A DNA stretch of 64,000 nt from Cystobasidiomycetes sp. EMM_F5 (taxonomy: Eukaryota): contig JBPGPT010000022.1 in NCBI GenBank assembly GCA_051047955.1, positions 186,001 through 250,000 of the forward strand, read 5' to 3'. Both the position numbers and the translations under genes were made by a program. This document shows positions 1 through 10,851 of the stretch, piece by piece. Under the pieces are notes generated by a model. It worked only from the letters and a program-made list of their open reading frames with translations, did no database searches and was not told the DNA's origin. Within the stretch, counting starts at the first letter, position 1, and every line of letters begins with the position of its first letter.

Positions 1-948
1 TTTACGCGTTTTGCCGGGGATGTCTCTGCTGATACTTCGCGTTCCCGCTTTATAGTCGGGATCGTCTCCGCCAGCAACGTATTGTTGGGTGAGATGACAG
101 CGAGCTTGGGATCAATGCTCTGTCCGTTTGATGCGTTTGAGTTCTGGATGGCATCGAGCCGCGCGTACTGGATGTGCGATTGTTGGGGCTGGTTGTTGAG
201 GGAAAGAAGGGCGGGATTCATTACGGTTGGTACAGGATGTTGTGTATGGACGGTATTGTGGGGCATTGTGGAAGGGAGAGGTGGAGCAAGGCCGGAGGAG
301 AATGGTCGAAAGACTGCGGAGTCATAAGCGGGCTGCTGGGTCGTGGAAGTCATGCTCAGTGGTGCTGGCATGGGCGAGGGCGATCGACCATATGCGTTTG
401 CTGAGGTAGAGGCAAAATTGTCGACATCAAGAGCGAAAGAATATGCATCGTCATCCTCGTGGTCGCGTGCAGCACTTGCCATATCCTCGACATCGTACAC
501 AAACTCAGACATGAGCTGGTGATGACCACTATTGCTGGGAGCTAAAGGAGCAGCGTGACTCCGAGCGGCTTCTTCTGCCTGTGCGGCCGCCGCGGCTGCA
601 GCTTCCGCTTGAACACGTTTTGCCTCCTCTTCTTGCTGTTGTTGCAATAATTGCAAGCGCTGCCGTTCGTTGGCTTGCTCTTGCAGGAGTTTGGCGGCCG
701 CCATTCTCTGCCGCACATAGTTGTACAGGGTGATCTGAGTAGTGTCGAGAGGGTGAATCTTGACTTCGCTCATGAGCCATTTTTTGATTCTTTCGTCTTT
801 GAGGAACGTAACATCCCACGAGGTCTTTGTCGCTTGTTGGATGCTAGAGCGAGGAACAAAGCAGAGGCAGAGTGAGCATTTAAGCGTCATTGTATGCAGC
901 TATCACTTCTTTCGCACTCACACTGCCATCGCTTCGACGTCGTTCATG
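1..948 (-). CDS. Hypothetical protein (5' part; runs off the window), Q/A-rich coiled coil followed by a low-complexity region
   Basis: Spliced reading MNDVEAMAV|IQQATKTSWDVTFLKDERIKKWLMSEVK...LQLLQQQQEEEAKRVQAEAAAAAAAQ...SPAKRVK stays open to base 1. One GTGAGT...CTAG intron at about 845-922. Further upstream exons are possible. Confidence 0.6.
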
Positions 949-1643
949 TTGCAAAGACTTGCCCAAACACGGTTAAAACTGTACAGTCAGGATTAGTCAG
1001 CACCGCCTAGCGGCTGCCTGAAGCGCTGCTAGGCAAAAGGGCGAAAACGACGTACGTGCGGGAGCAGGGCAGCAGCAGGACAGTCGAAAGAGCACGACAC
1101 GAAGTTCACCTGTATTGCGATGGCCAGTACTCTGCGCTGGGGACGCGTGGTTTGCCCAATCACACCTGGGCTTTGAGCTGGACCCGCAGCCAGACTCCCG
1201 TGTCTTTTGCAGCACTGGTGTACGGTAACCGTTTATGATTATGTCTAAACAATAGCGCACACAACTACAGTCCCCCGGTCGGCTCCAGACGTCAACTTGA
1301 CGGGTTCATCTGTGGGATACGTGCCCTTTTTATCGGCAAAAACTGGGCGAGGTTGAGCCCAGGCTGCGAGACTGCGCGCTGGGAATGTCAGCGAGCTGCG
1401 ACACGAGGTGTCCACCTGTTAATGAGAGAGCTGTCAGACTTCAGAATGCAGCCTTGTTCTGCCAATAGCTGCCCGCCCGTGGAGGTCCAAATTGATACGG
1501 AGCAAAGGAATGGAGGCATCGAGAGCAAGCAGACCAACAATTCCACAGCACACGCACGGATTGTCTGTGTAGACCTACTAACAAGCTGACCTGCTGACGC
1601 TCGTTGTAACCCAGCCCTAGCTGACGTTTCACCCTCGCATGGC

Positions 1644-3614
1644 ATGGCAGCCGCCAGATCACTGCCGATGACCACCTTCCGATCTCTCAGCTGGCGTCAC
1701 CCACGGCCTCATATAGCAGGCTCACTACTGCTCTTCTGTCCACCTACAACCTTATCATCGGTGATATACTCGTCTCTACATACTTCCATGAAGCGCGCCA
1801 GGGAGGAGTCGGCCGACGAGGCGTACGGACAACTTGGTGGAGACGACCTCTATCACAACACCTCCGTACTCAGACATCCCTCGACAAAGAGAGCAAAGGA
1901 GATAGATGCCGATCCACCCTTCAATCAATTGACGGAGTTGCTAAATGATCAGAATGAGCCGGAACCCAGGACAATACTGCATTGGTTCCGTTCGAAAGAC
2001 CTACGACAAGAAGACAACAAAGCCCTAGCAGCCGCTAGTCGAATAGCACGGAAGCATTCTGTGCCCCTCATTGCGGCATACCTACACTCGCCGGAAGATC
2101 TCGAATGGCACGGGACTAGTCCCGCCAGAACAGATTTCCTCCTTGAGTCACTTCGTATACTGCAACAGCAGCTAAAGGAAAAGCAGATACCGCTTGCAAT
2201 CCTGACGTCCAATAAACGAAGCGATAAAACACAGACTCTCGTGGACTTTGCTTCAAAACAGAAGGTATCCCACATTTTCGCCAACTACGAATACGAGGTG
2301 GACGAACTGCGTCGAGACATCAGTATTATTAAACGTCTGAGTAAAGACGGCTGTGACACGCGGATGCAACTGTTTCATGACCAAACAGTTGTCGTGCCCG
2401 GCAGTATGACCACAAAGGCAGGACCACATAAAATGTTTACGCCATACTATCGCGTTTGGCTTACCAAGTTGGAGGAAGAGCCATCGCTGCTGGACCTCGA
2501 AGATGCGCCAGAAGCTAATGACGCCAAGATCATGAAGAATTTCAAGGATCTTTTCGATAATGCAATTCCCAGCATTCCCAAAAGCAAGGATTTTGCCTCC
2601 GACGATGACAGGAAGCGGATCAGACAGCTATGGCCGGCAGGACATGACGCTGGAATGAAGCGATTGGAGGATTTCCTGGACAAAAAGGTAAGGAATGTGT
2701 CTGGAGCTTTGCAGTCTCAAAGCTAAACTATCGCTCCGACAGATTACAGATTATCGACGCGACAGATCGATTCCTGCGCTCGACCCATCGAGCAGACTAT
2801 CTTGTTATTTTGCAGCAGGAGTTATTAGCGTGCGAGAGGCGATAGGGCGCGCCAAAGAATGGAATGGCGGAGAGCCTAACTTTGCAAAGGGCAAATCTGG
2901 CAATGGCGTTTCATCCTGGATAAGGGAGCTTGTTTTTCGGGAGTTTTACCGGCAAAGACTGGTCACGGTGTAAGCAGACAATGCACGCATGGCTAAGACG
3001 CGCCTAATTTTCAAATCAGCCCTCATAACGGAATGAATCTACCTCACAACCTCAAGTACGACAGCGTGCAGTGGGAAGACGACGAAGATGGGTGGAAGAA
3101 ATGGTGTGAAGGCAAGACTGGAGTGCCGTTTATTGACGCTGGCATGAGGCAGCTCAATCACGAAGCATATATGCACAACAGGCTCAGGATGAACGTGTCG
3201 AGTTATCTCACAAACAACCTTCTGCTCGACTATCGCTTAGGAGAGCGATATTTTGCGGAGCATTTGGTTGATTGGGACTTGAGCAACAATACACAAGGCT
3301 GGGAGCCGAGTTACACCATCTTCAATCCTGTATTGCAGGGAGAGAAGTGTGACAAGGATGGTGAATACATTCGGAAATGGGTTCCAGAGTGAGTGATCAA
3401 AGTTTTGGCGGCAGCGACACGGGCGTACATGTGCTCAGATCAGTGATACAGATTGAAAGACGTCAAAGGCAAGGCCATCTTTGCCCCACATGAACGACTC
3501 AGCAAAGAGGACTTTGAGAAACTTGGGTATCCTAGACCGCATGTTGATTTCATGGAAAGTCGTCGGAGAGCGAAGGAGCGCTTTAAACGAGACATGGCTG
3601 AGGCAGACCCATAA
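1644..3614 (+). CDS. PHR1: Class I CPD photolyase / cryptochrome-family flavoprotein (4 exons)
   Basis: Motifs HWFRSKDLRQEDNKAL, FANYEYEVDELRRD, SRLSCYFAAGVIS, GKTGVPFIDAGMRQL, YMHNRLRMNVSSYL, FNPVLQGEKCDKDGEYIRKWVPE. Start is either ATG 1644 or ATG 1788. Confidence 0.9.
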
Positions 3615-3856
3615 CCGCGTCCGAGAGGGTCAGTGCGCTGCCAGCCCCTGCCTGGTCTCTATCAACGCAAACGTCAACAAGTATAAGCTATCGTTGTATC
3701 CAGCATAAATTCTGACCGATGTGCTAGGTGTCTTTAAACCACTTTTCGTTTCTCCGTCCCATTAGCTTTAATTTGCAAACTACAACAATTCTAATCTCCT
3801 CCTTATCGGCCGGTCTAGTCCCAACTAGTATTTTCTAAAATGGGCAAGAACCTTTG

Positions 3857-4011
3857 TAATCGATTTCGATTAGAAAAATCTGGCATTCCTAATTTCCGAT
3901 TTGTGCAGGTTCGCTTTCGACTAACGAAAGTCGGGGAGAGCTTTGTAAGGGTCGACAATATCAAGTCTGACCTTGGTTAATCAAGGCTAATAGTCGCGAC
4001 TACTATTAGCC
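3857..4011. repeat. Cluster of four short inverted repeats upstream of the HMG-box gene
   Basis: taatcga-tt-tcgatta (3857-3872); ctttcg-actaa-cgaaag (3914-3930); ccttggtt/aatcaagg (3971-3986, 1 mismatch); ggctaatagt-cgcgact-actattagcc (3985-4011). Confidence 0.75.
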
Positions 4012-4083
4012 GGCACAAGTCGCAGCACAAGGACATCAAGCATACTCTACGACTCTACATCGACAGCCCACACTTCTGCTAGC

Positions 4084-5164
4084 ATGGCCAAGGACAAGAA
4101 TGGCGATAGCAAGATTGGCACCGTCCGCATGCAGGAAATCAACGAAGCTCGCAACAAGTGCGTCTGCCTTTACAGCTTTCGTATGCTGCTTACACGTATA
4201 GTCCCACAGCCTCATCTCTCAGTACCTACACCTCGGCGTCGCAATGAAGCGGGCATCAGGAGCAGTCGAAGCCTATGCTGCTGCACTCAACTCCTCCACA
4301 TCCAACGAAGAGGTGTTGGCTCTGTTGCGCGCACCTCTGACCGGTCATGCACCAACTGGCATGCCAGAGATGCTACCCTTCCTTCAATCCTCCAGCGCAG
4401 CCGACAAGAGCACGTCCTCTGCTGCTGGTGGAAAGAAGCGTAAAGCCGATAGTCCCAACGAGGGTGACGAGACCAATGACGCTGTGCCCGGCAAGCGACA
4501 GAAGAAGGAGAAGAAGCTCAAAGACCCCAACGCTCCAAAGCGTCCGGCTTCCGCCTACCTCATCTATCAGAATGAGATTCGCCAGAATACCAAAGCCTCC
4601 CACCCAAATCTCAACTATCGAGATCTTATCACTCAGGTAGGAGAGCAGTGGAAGGCGCTCGGCGAGTCTGGTCAACAGGTGAGGTTTGCTTTTGAATACG
4701 GCGCGACCTCTGACGTGTCATCACTCTTCTGCTCTGACAAAACACAGCGCTACAAGGACGAAGCCGAGCAGGCCATGCAAGAGTGGAAGACCAAGAATGC
4801 TGAATATACTGCTACGCACGGAGTCTATGAGGGTCCTGAGCACGATGATGCCGATGCACAGGAAGTGGATGCTCAACTGACCAAACCTGTCAAGAAGGAA
4901 AAGAAGGAGAAGAAGGACAAGGAAGCAAAGAAGAGCAAGCCGTCCTCCACTGCCGCTCCACCCGTGTCCCAGTCCGAGCAGGTTAAGAAGGAGGTCAAGC
5001 CTGCTGCTCCTGGAACGCCCATCGGTAAACCGGCTGCTGCCCCAAAAGCCGCACCCGCTGTACCGGCCAGCACTCAGAAGAAGAACATGCCACCCGCACT
5101 AGCGCAATCGTCTTCGGACTCTGATGACTCCGACGACGACAGCGACGCATCCGATTCCGAGTAG
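4084..5164 (+). CDS. HMG-box chromatin protein (HMGB/Nhp6/Hmo1-like) with Lys-rich region and acidic tail
   Basis: KDPNAPKRPASAYLIYQNEIR...VGEQWKALGESGQQ|RYKDEAEQAMQEWK is an HMGB-type box. Ends in SDSDDSDDDSDASDSE. Two introns. Confidence 0.88.
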
Positions 5165-5659
5165 ACCTGCCGCGATGCGGCTCGGCATACATGAAGCAGG
5201 CACTGCTTGTACATCATTGATTCTGACCGACGTCCGCTCTACATCACTAGGGGCTCTTTCTCTTTTTTTTTACATTGGCTATGTGCTACACCCAGTCCTC
5301 GATGTCGCAAATCGAACTATACCATATCTAATGCAGTAATGCGGCTTTTAACCGCGGGTGCGTAAAGTATCCTTTGCAGCCTTAGCACATTTAAAGTTGC
5401 TATAGCCGGCAGTGATTGCTCAGAAACATACTTGTTGACGTGTCCTACTTACGTGACGAAGGAGGCTCTGCCGATCGTCGAGCGGACCCGCGCATACTCC
5501 AGAACTGAGAATACACAATTGACAAGCGAATAGCTGACAGTCTACTTTGCTCTCACCGCATACTCAGTCATCTCGTCTCTAACGACTCCACACTCTCGCT
5601 ATAGCCGCAATCGGCACAAACCCTCACTCAAGACTCGCCGCAAGCAAGTCAACATTGCC

Positions 5660-6055
5660 ATGCTTTTCCTCCAATTTGACATCATTCAATTCAACCTGTG
5701 CATGTTTGGCGCATTCTGCATGCTCATACTATCCCGATACACCGCATCATACCGGATACCCTTCGCATATGCTACTCCGACTATCGACGGTTTTGATAGT
5801 TACAACACATCTGTCATCGTCAGAGTCCGTGCAGCCACTCTCCCAACAACGACAGCACCAATTCAGACTGCTATCGCGCACGTCAGGCTCATGGCGGGCA
5901 CCGAGGATTTGGAAGCACAGCCTATCGACCTATCGACGAACAGCGTGCACGACAAGCGTTGGGTAAGCGTGTGCGACGGATGCCAGGGCAGTACAGGTAA
6001 ACAAGCGGATACCCACTTGAGCGAATCGCATTCTGATGCTAGCGAGCAGGTGTGA
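5660..6055 (+). CDS. Putative small membrane or secreted protein
   Basis: 131-aa ATG ORF with a hydrophobic N-terminus (FNLCMFGAFCMLIL) and a DLEAQ motif, preceded by a C/A-rich leader. No family recognised. Confidence 0.35.
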   Translation: MLFLQFDIIQFNLCMFGAFCMLILSRYTASYRIPFAYATPTIDGFDSYNTSVIVRVRAATLPTTTAPIQTAIAHVRLMAGTEDLEAQPIDLSTNSVHDKRWVSVCDGCQGSTGKQADTHLSESHSDASEQV

Positions 6056-6639
6056 CTAGCTTCCGGTGCGCGGGCGCTAGACTGACAGTCGAGACTGACG
6101 ACCGTCTTTGCTAACTCAGACTCTGATTAATACGCATGGATGTGATTGATAATCTCATGCTTTACTAGTGGTGCTACTCTCCGACTCACCACAAACTGCA
6201 GGGAGTATCCCAAGGCTAGACACACGTAGGTAACGACGTATGCCCTATTGCACCTGTCGCAATCTGACCATTACATTGCAAAGCACTATTGTGACACGGA
6301 CAAAAGCGATACAGGTCACGGATCATTGCACAACAACCGTATACTGCAAGCAGACTATAGCTGCGGTGAGTTCCAGTACTCATCTGCCGACAGACGACAA
6401 GCATCTAATGCCACATGTGCTATGCTGTAGTACGCCATCTGGGTGCGTCCTGCTTCTTGGGCGAACAAAGATCCTTACGATGACGGTGGGTAGGTAGTTG
6501 CTCCCGCAGAGTTCCTTCCTGACTCCTCTGCGCACTTGATATTGCAACAGGCCAACGTCGTGAGTGACGGAACTCGGAGGTAGGGCCTTTTGTTGTTGTT
6601 CCCGGTCTGTTCATCCGAGAATATACATCACAGCTGCAG

Positions 6640-7732
6640 CTAGGACGTATCTGCCTTGGCTTTCTTTGCGCTGCCATTCGGACTTCCGCCGTTGATGCTC
6701 GCTTCCGCCTTTCGTTTCTTGGGTGATGGAGTAGAAATGCCAGGTCCGAAAAAACTCCCAAGAGTGGCTTGTCCCTTCTCCTTCTTGTCGACTTTGACTT
6801 TTTCGTTACTAAGGACGGGCGGAAGTCCCTCGACCCGCCGCTTCGCATCATCTAACAAGAATAGTTCCCGTTCTCTTTGCCCTTTCACGCTAGATATCTC
6901 CCAATTCTTCTGATTGACGTTCTTGTGGGTGAGCTTGTACTTGTGTCCGGTCAAATGAGTCTGCAACTCCGCAATCAGCTACATCGGACATGATATTGGA
7001 TCTGGCAGTGCACGGACCTCATATGTGTTTGCGTCGATCTTCTCCACCATCTGATGAGCTATGATATACCAGTGATATTGCGTGCCGACTGGTGCGCCAG
7101 AATTGATCGGCGCCTTATGATTTCTAACCTTGTTCGTTTTGTAGTCAATCTCCCACAGATCAGGCTCTTTCTTCGTCTCCTTCCATACGCCCGGTTGGTA
7201 GTTCCTGCGAGCATGTACTCTCAGCATCCGAAATCGACATTCAATGGCGGTCGTACCAGGTGTGTGATCCGCCAATTGCCATTCCAGAGTACACTTGTCC
7301 GCCAAAGCTTTTGAGCGCGTTGTAGCCTCCGCCGAATGTTTGTGCTGTTGCCGGCTTGCTGCTTGTGTGCTCGTCCGGCACTTCTTCCTCATCGAACAAT
7401 GCAGGGTCGAACATCTCGTTATCCTGATGCTCTGCGTCGTCTCTTGTACCAGAAATGTCGTCTTTGTCTCGTTTCTCGCGTGTCTCGTAATCTTCCGATA
7501 GACCATTGGCTGCTTCTGCTCGTTCTTTTTTTTTATCGGGGGACGTGCCAGTAAATGGCGGTTTCTTGGAGTCTTCTGAGTCGCCAGCTATATCAATCAA
7601 AACGCGTTCGCCAGCTAGAATTTCTGCATCGTCGCCGGCTGTCCCTACATCCGATGAAGCATTAGCAGTACGGAGCTGGAGCTGACGTTTCGGCGACGAA
7701 GACTTGTTAGGTTTTGATGTACGAGCAGGCAT
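6640..7732 (-). CDS. Uncharacterised conserved-domain protein with C-terminal PIP box and NLS (3 exons)
   Basis: Spliced core GYNALKSFGGQVYSGMAIGGSHTW|NYQPGVWKETKKEPDLWEIDYKTNKVRNHKAPINSGAPVGTQYHWYIIAHQMVEKIDANTYE|THLTGHKYKLTHK. Tail KGQATLGSFFG...PSPKKRK. Confidence 0.8.
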
Positions 7733-7876
7733 TTCTTAATGCAAGTCCGTCAACTGTAAGCTGAACGTACGCTTGAATAGACAGAAACGAAGTCAAGTCC
7801 GGCGACTGGCTACAGTGGCAAACGAGAATAGGGGCTAAGGCAGGATGACGTCGATGTATACGGGTACATGCTTCCC

Positions 7877-8919
7877 TCAGAGCTGGCTGTACTGCCCTTG
7901 GTTCAGCTCCATCAGACGCATCTGCTCATGTAACTCGGCCTCGATCTCTTCTAGACTCGTTAGACGCGGATCTGCATGTAACGTGGAGACCACAGGTACA
8001 ACAGCAGAGTAGTTCGGATTGGCCTTCGTCCGCTGCTTCCTATTCGCATTACTATCAGCATGTAGTCAATCAGTGGAGTACAGGCACGCTCAGGCCTTAC
8101 TTGGTCTGCTTCCCGCTTTTGGCACTCTCGCTTGCCAGAAGCGTCTCGACAATGTTCCGTTTCCTCTTTGATTTCGTCTTCTGGGCAGTGGTGACATTCG
8201 TGGAAGAGATAGTCGAGGTATGATCTTCGCCTTGACCTGTATTCCATAACGCTGTGCTAGGACACCGTCGCTTCTTGAGCTGATTGGCTTGACGGGATGC
8301 ACCGGATTGGAGTAGTGGGTCATAACTACTGGCCTGATCGGAAGCCGCGCGCATACGCGCTGGAAGCTGGTTCTGAGTGTGGGCAGCATAATGATCATCT
8401 GGCATTCTTGCGTTCGACAGAGCCGGACGCTCTCGATTGAAAGCACGCTTATAAGCACAAGTGGATCCTAAGAATACCATATCGCCAGACGCGTCATAAG
8501 CTGCCGCTGCCTCGCGGGTGGTCAACGATGAGATTGCTTCGACAAATATTGCGTCATGGTCCTGCACGCCGACTTCGAAGAGTAGAGTTGCCGGGTTGAA
8601 TTCGGAGAGAGTATTCCAGGGATTCCCGACTCCGACTGGTGTGCATAAAGCAATACAATCAGGTCACGAATGCTAATGTGAGGTCGCCTAGCTTACCGAG
8701 CATATCATGCGGATCAATGCGCGTCTCGGCCCACAGAGCCGCTTGAAGTTCATAGATGCTACACGTCACAGGGACGTCCAGTATGAATGCATCGGAAGGT
8801 GCGCTGCAATGTTAGCAAGTGCAAGACAGTGAATGTTAATCAAGCTCAGGTCAGATATGATTCGGGATTCCGTATTGCAGAGCTCACTGCACTCTCAGTG
8901 ACCAAAAGTCCTCATTCAT
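7877..8919 (-). CDS. Protein with an N-terminal ubiquitin-like (OTU1/UBX-like beta-grasp) domain and a basic low-complexity tail
   Basis: Spliced MNEDFWSLRVH|APSDAFILDVPVTCSIYELQAALWAETRIDPHDML|VGVGNPWNTLSEFNPATLLFEVGVQDHDAIFVE. Continues in ORF 8097-8567. Last exon ends ...ELNQGQYSQL*. Confidence 0.6.
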
Positions 8920-9230
8920 TGAGCAGCCTGTATGCAAGTTCAGCCTTTCGTGAGTATGTATAACCTGACGAATCCAACCTTCGAGCGCTAACATATCGCA
9001 GCCTTCACACTCCCTATGTCATGAATATTTTCGGAAGCCAACCTGTTTGAGCAGTGTTCGGCTACGCGTTGTGACAAGATTTGCCACAGCAGCGCTTTGG
9101 TCACATCCCCGCACATGGCAACAGGGCCGGTGCTCTGCTCCAACGAAATCGATTCACCCAGGAAAGCGACTTGTGTATTTTGAGACATGTCGACTTGCGC
9201 CTCGCTTTGTCGCACTCGATTGACTGAAAA

Positions 9231-10443
9231 TCACAATTCGGGCGATGGCTTTCGAAAGCTTCGCGTCCTGCTCGCCCTTTCGGCTTGTGCATCAAAATTG
9301 CTCGTGTCACCGTCCGACAGATACCACGATGGGTTCCTCTTGCTCGCGGCACGCCTTTGTCCGAAGATGACTGGACTGACCGGCTGTTTCATCGGAGTTT
9401 GAAACACAGGAGAAGCTGGAAGTGGTAAACCGCTTGCAACTGGCGGGACTGGCGCGACTGGCAGATTGTAGCACGGCGCAGGCGTGTGTTCCATATTCTC
9501 AGCATCTGGCGTATTTGTGGCGTCGGGTGAACCTGTCGGCATCCCGTCGTCTGAGTTGCTGCGTATCGACGGCTCGCCGTAATGGGACAAAGGCCGAGAG
9601 GGTAAGGAGGAATCATCTGAAGCTGATCGCAATTCTGGAAAGTCCCGGTCATCAAATATGTCGATATCTTCAGCAATTCTGACCTGGGTTACTTCCGTAG
9701 TCGAGCTGCGACTTGCAGCATTGTGCTCAGACCCCACGAATGCTGCTGCTTCGGCGCGGTCGTCCTCGCATTCTGCGAAGGGACTCTTGATCGAAAGGGG
9801 AATATACGCATTTACAGTGTTCCGAATCGAATGTTGCGTGAAGAGCCAGTCCGATACAGCCACATGGGCATCAGAGCGTGTTTGGGGCAACAGTGACTCT
9901 ATCGAGAGGGCTGAGGTCGGTGGTTGACATGACAGAGAGGGACTTCGTTGACGATCTGGGATTGACTGCAAGTTCGTGCACGTCGATGACCGCAGAGCTA
10001 ACATTTCAACAGACGCTTCGGCATCTTGTGATTCTTCAGAAGCACGGGAGACTTCCCGCTCGTGGCCTGCTTGCACTCCCTTTCTCACGACAACGATCTT
10101 CGAGCCTTCCTTGAACCCGTACTGGCGAAGAGGAAGCGTTTCGAGCGCAGCCTCCGGAACGATTCGTTGGCGAAATACGACTGCACAGATATGTCCAGTG
10201 AGCCCTGAATGTGCGCATGCATTTTGTAGATTCTCACTATTCATTCGCCATGCTGGCAGTCCGGAGAAAGGCGCCAGGCCGTATTTGAGATCACCCAGAC
10301 TATCATACTCGTCCATAAGAAAGTCAAACCAATCATAGATTGGCGTCCTGCTCTGTGCTTTCAGCTCAACTCAGCCCCAACATAAATTCGTCTGCAACTT
10401 ACTTGACCTTCAGTATGATCTTGGTCTGCGTGGTGATAGTCAT
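9231..10443 (-). CDS. Protein with an N-terminal ubiquitin-like domain and a long Ser/Pro-rich disordered tail
   Basis: Spliced MTITTQTKIILKVK|TPIYDWFDFLMDEYDSLGDLKYGLAPFSGLPAWRMN|IVFRQRIVPEAALETLPLRQYGFKEGSKIVVVRKG follows the ubiquitin-fold hydrophobic pattern. Confidence 0.65.
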
Positions 10444-10851
10444 TGTGAAGGCAGCGACGTAGTTGAACGATAGGATGGTGCTGATATTGACTGATGATCA
10501 AGACATAGCCTTGCGCCCCCAGTCGTACGCTATTCGCGATACGCTCCGTTTCTGTCGTTATGAGCTCTCAAAACAGTTACCCAGCGGGACCGCCTCAGCA
10601 AGTCGGTCGGAACAAAAGTCATACTCAAAGCCTGCAGCACACATTTCATGCTCACGCGGGTGCTGTGCTCAGTTCTCTGCGCGGAAATTATCAGCGGTGA
10701 TCGTCAGGTGAGGAGGCCTGAGCGGCGGCGACGGTCCGCGCGAGACTACTCAGGAAAGATCCGCTAGCGAAGCAAGAACATGGTTTGGGTCATTCGTAGC
10801 TCATCCATATGCATCCGCAGCTATCGATTAGTTTGGATTGGTTTAATCACG

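Noticed and set aside
7814..7822. AGTGGCAAA resembling an Rpn4/PACE element
   Set aside because: It is a single short match, no full site is visible at PAC3 or BLM10, and such a match is expected by chance.
7877..10443. A single gene with two ubiquitin-like domains
   Set aside because: The upstream frame stops at 9231 with no convincing splice bypass, and the second unit has its own ATG at 8919. I modelled them as two genes.
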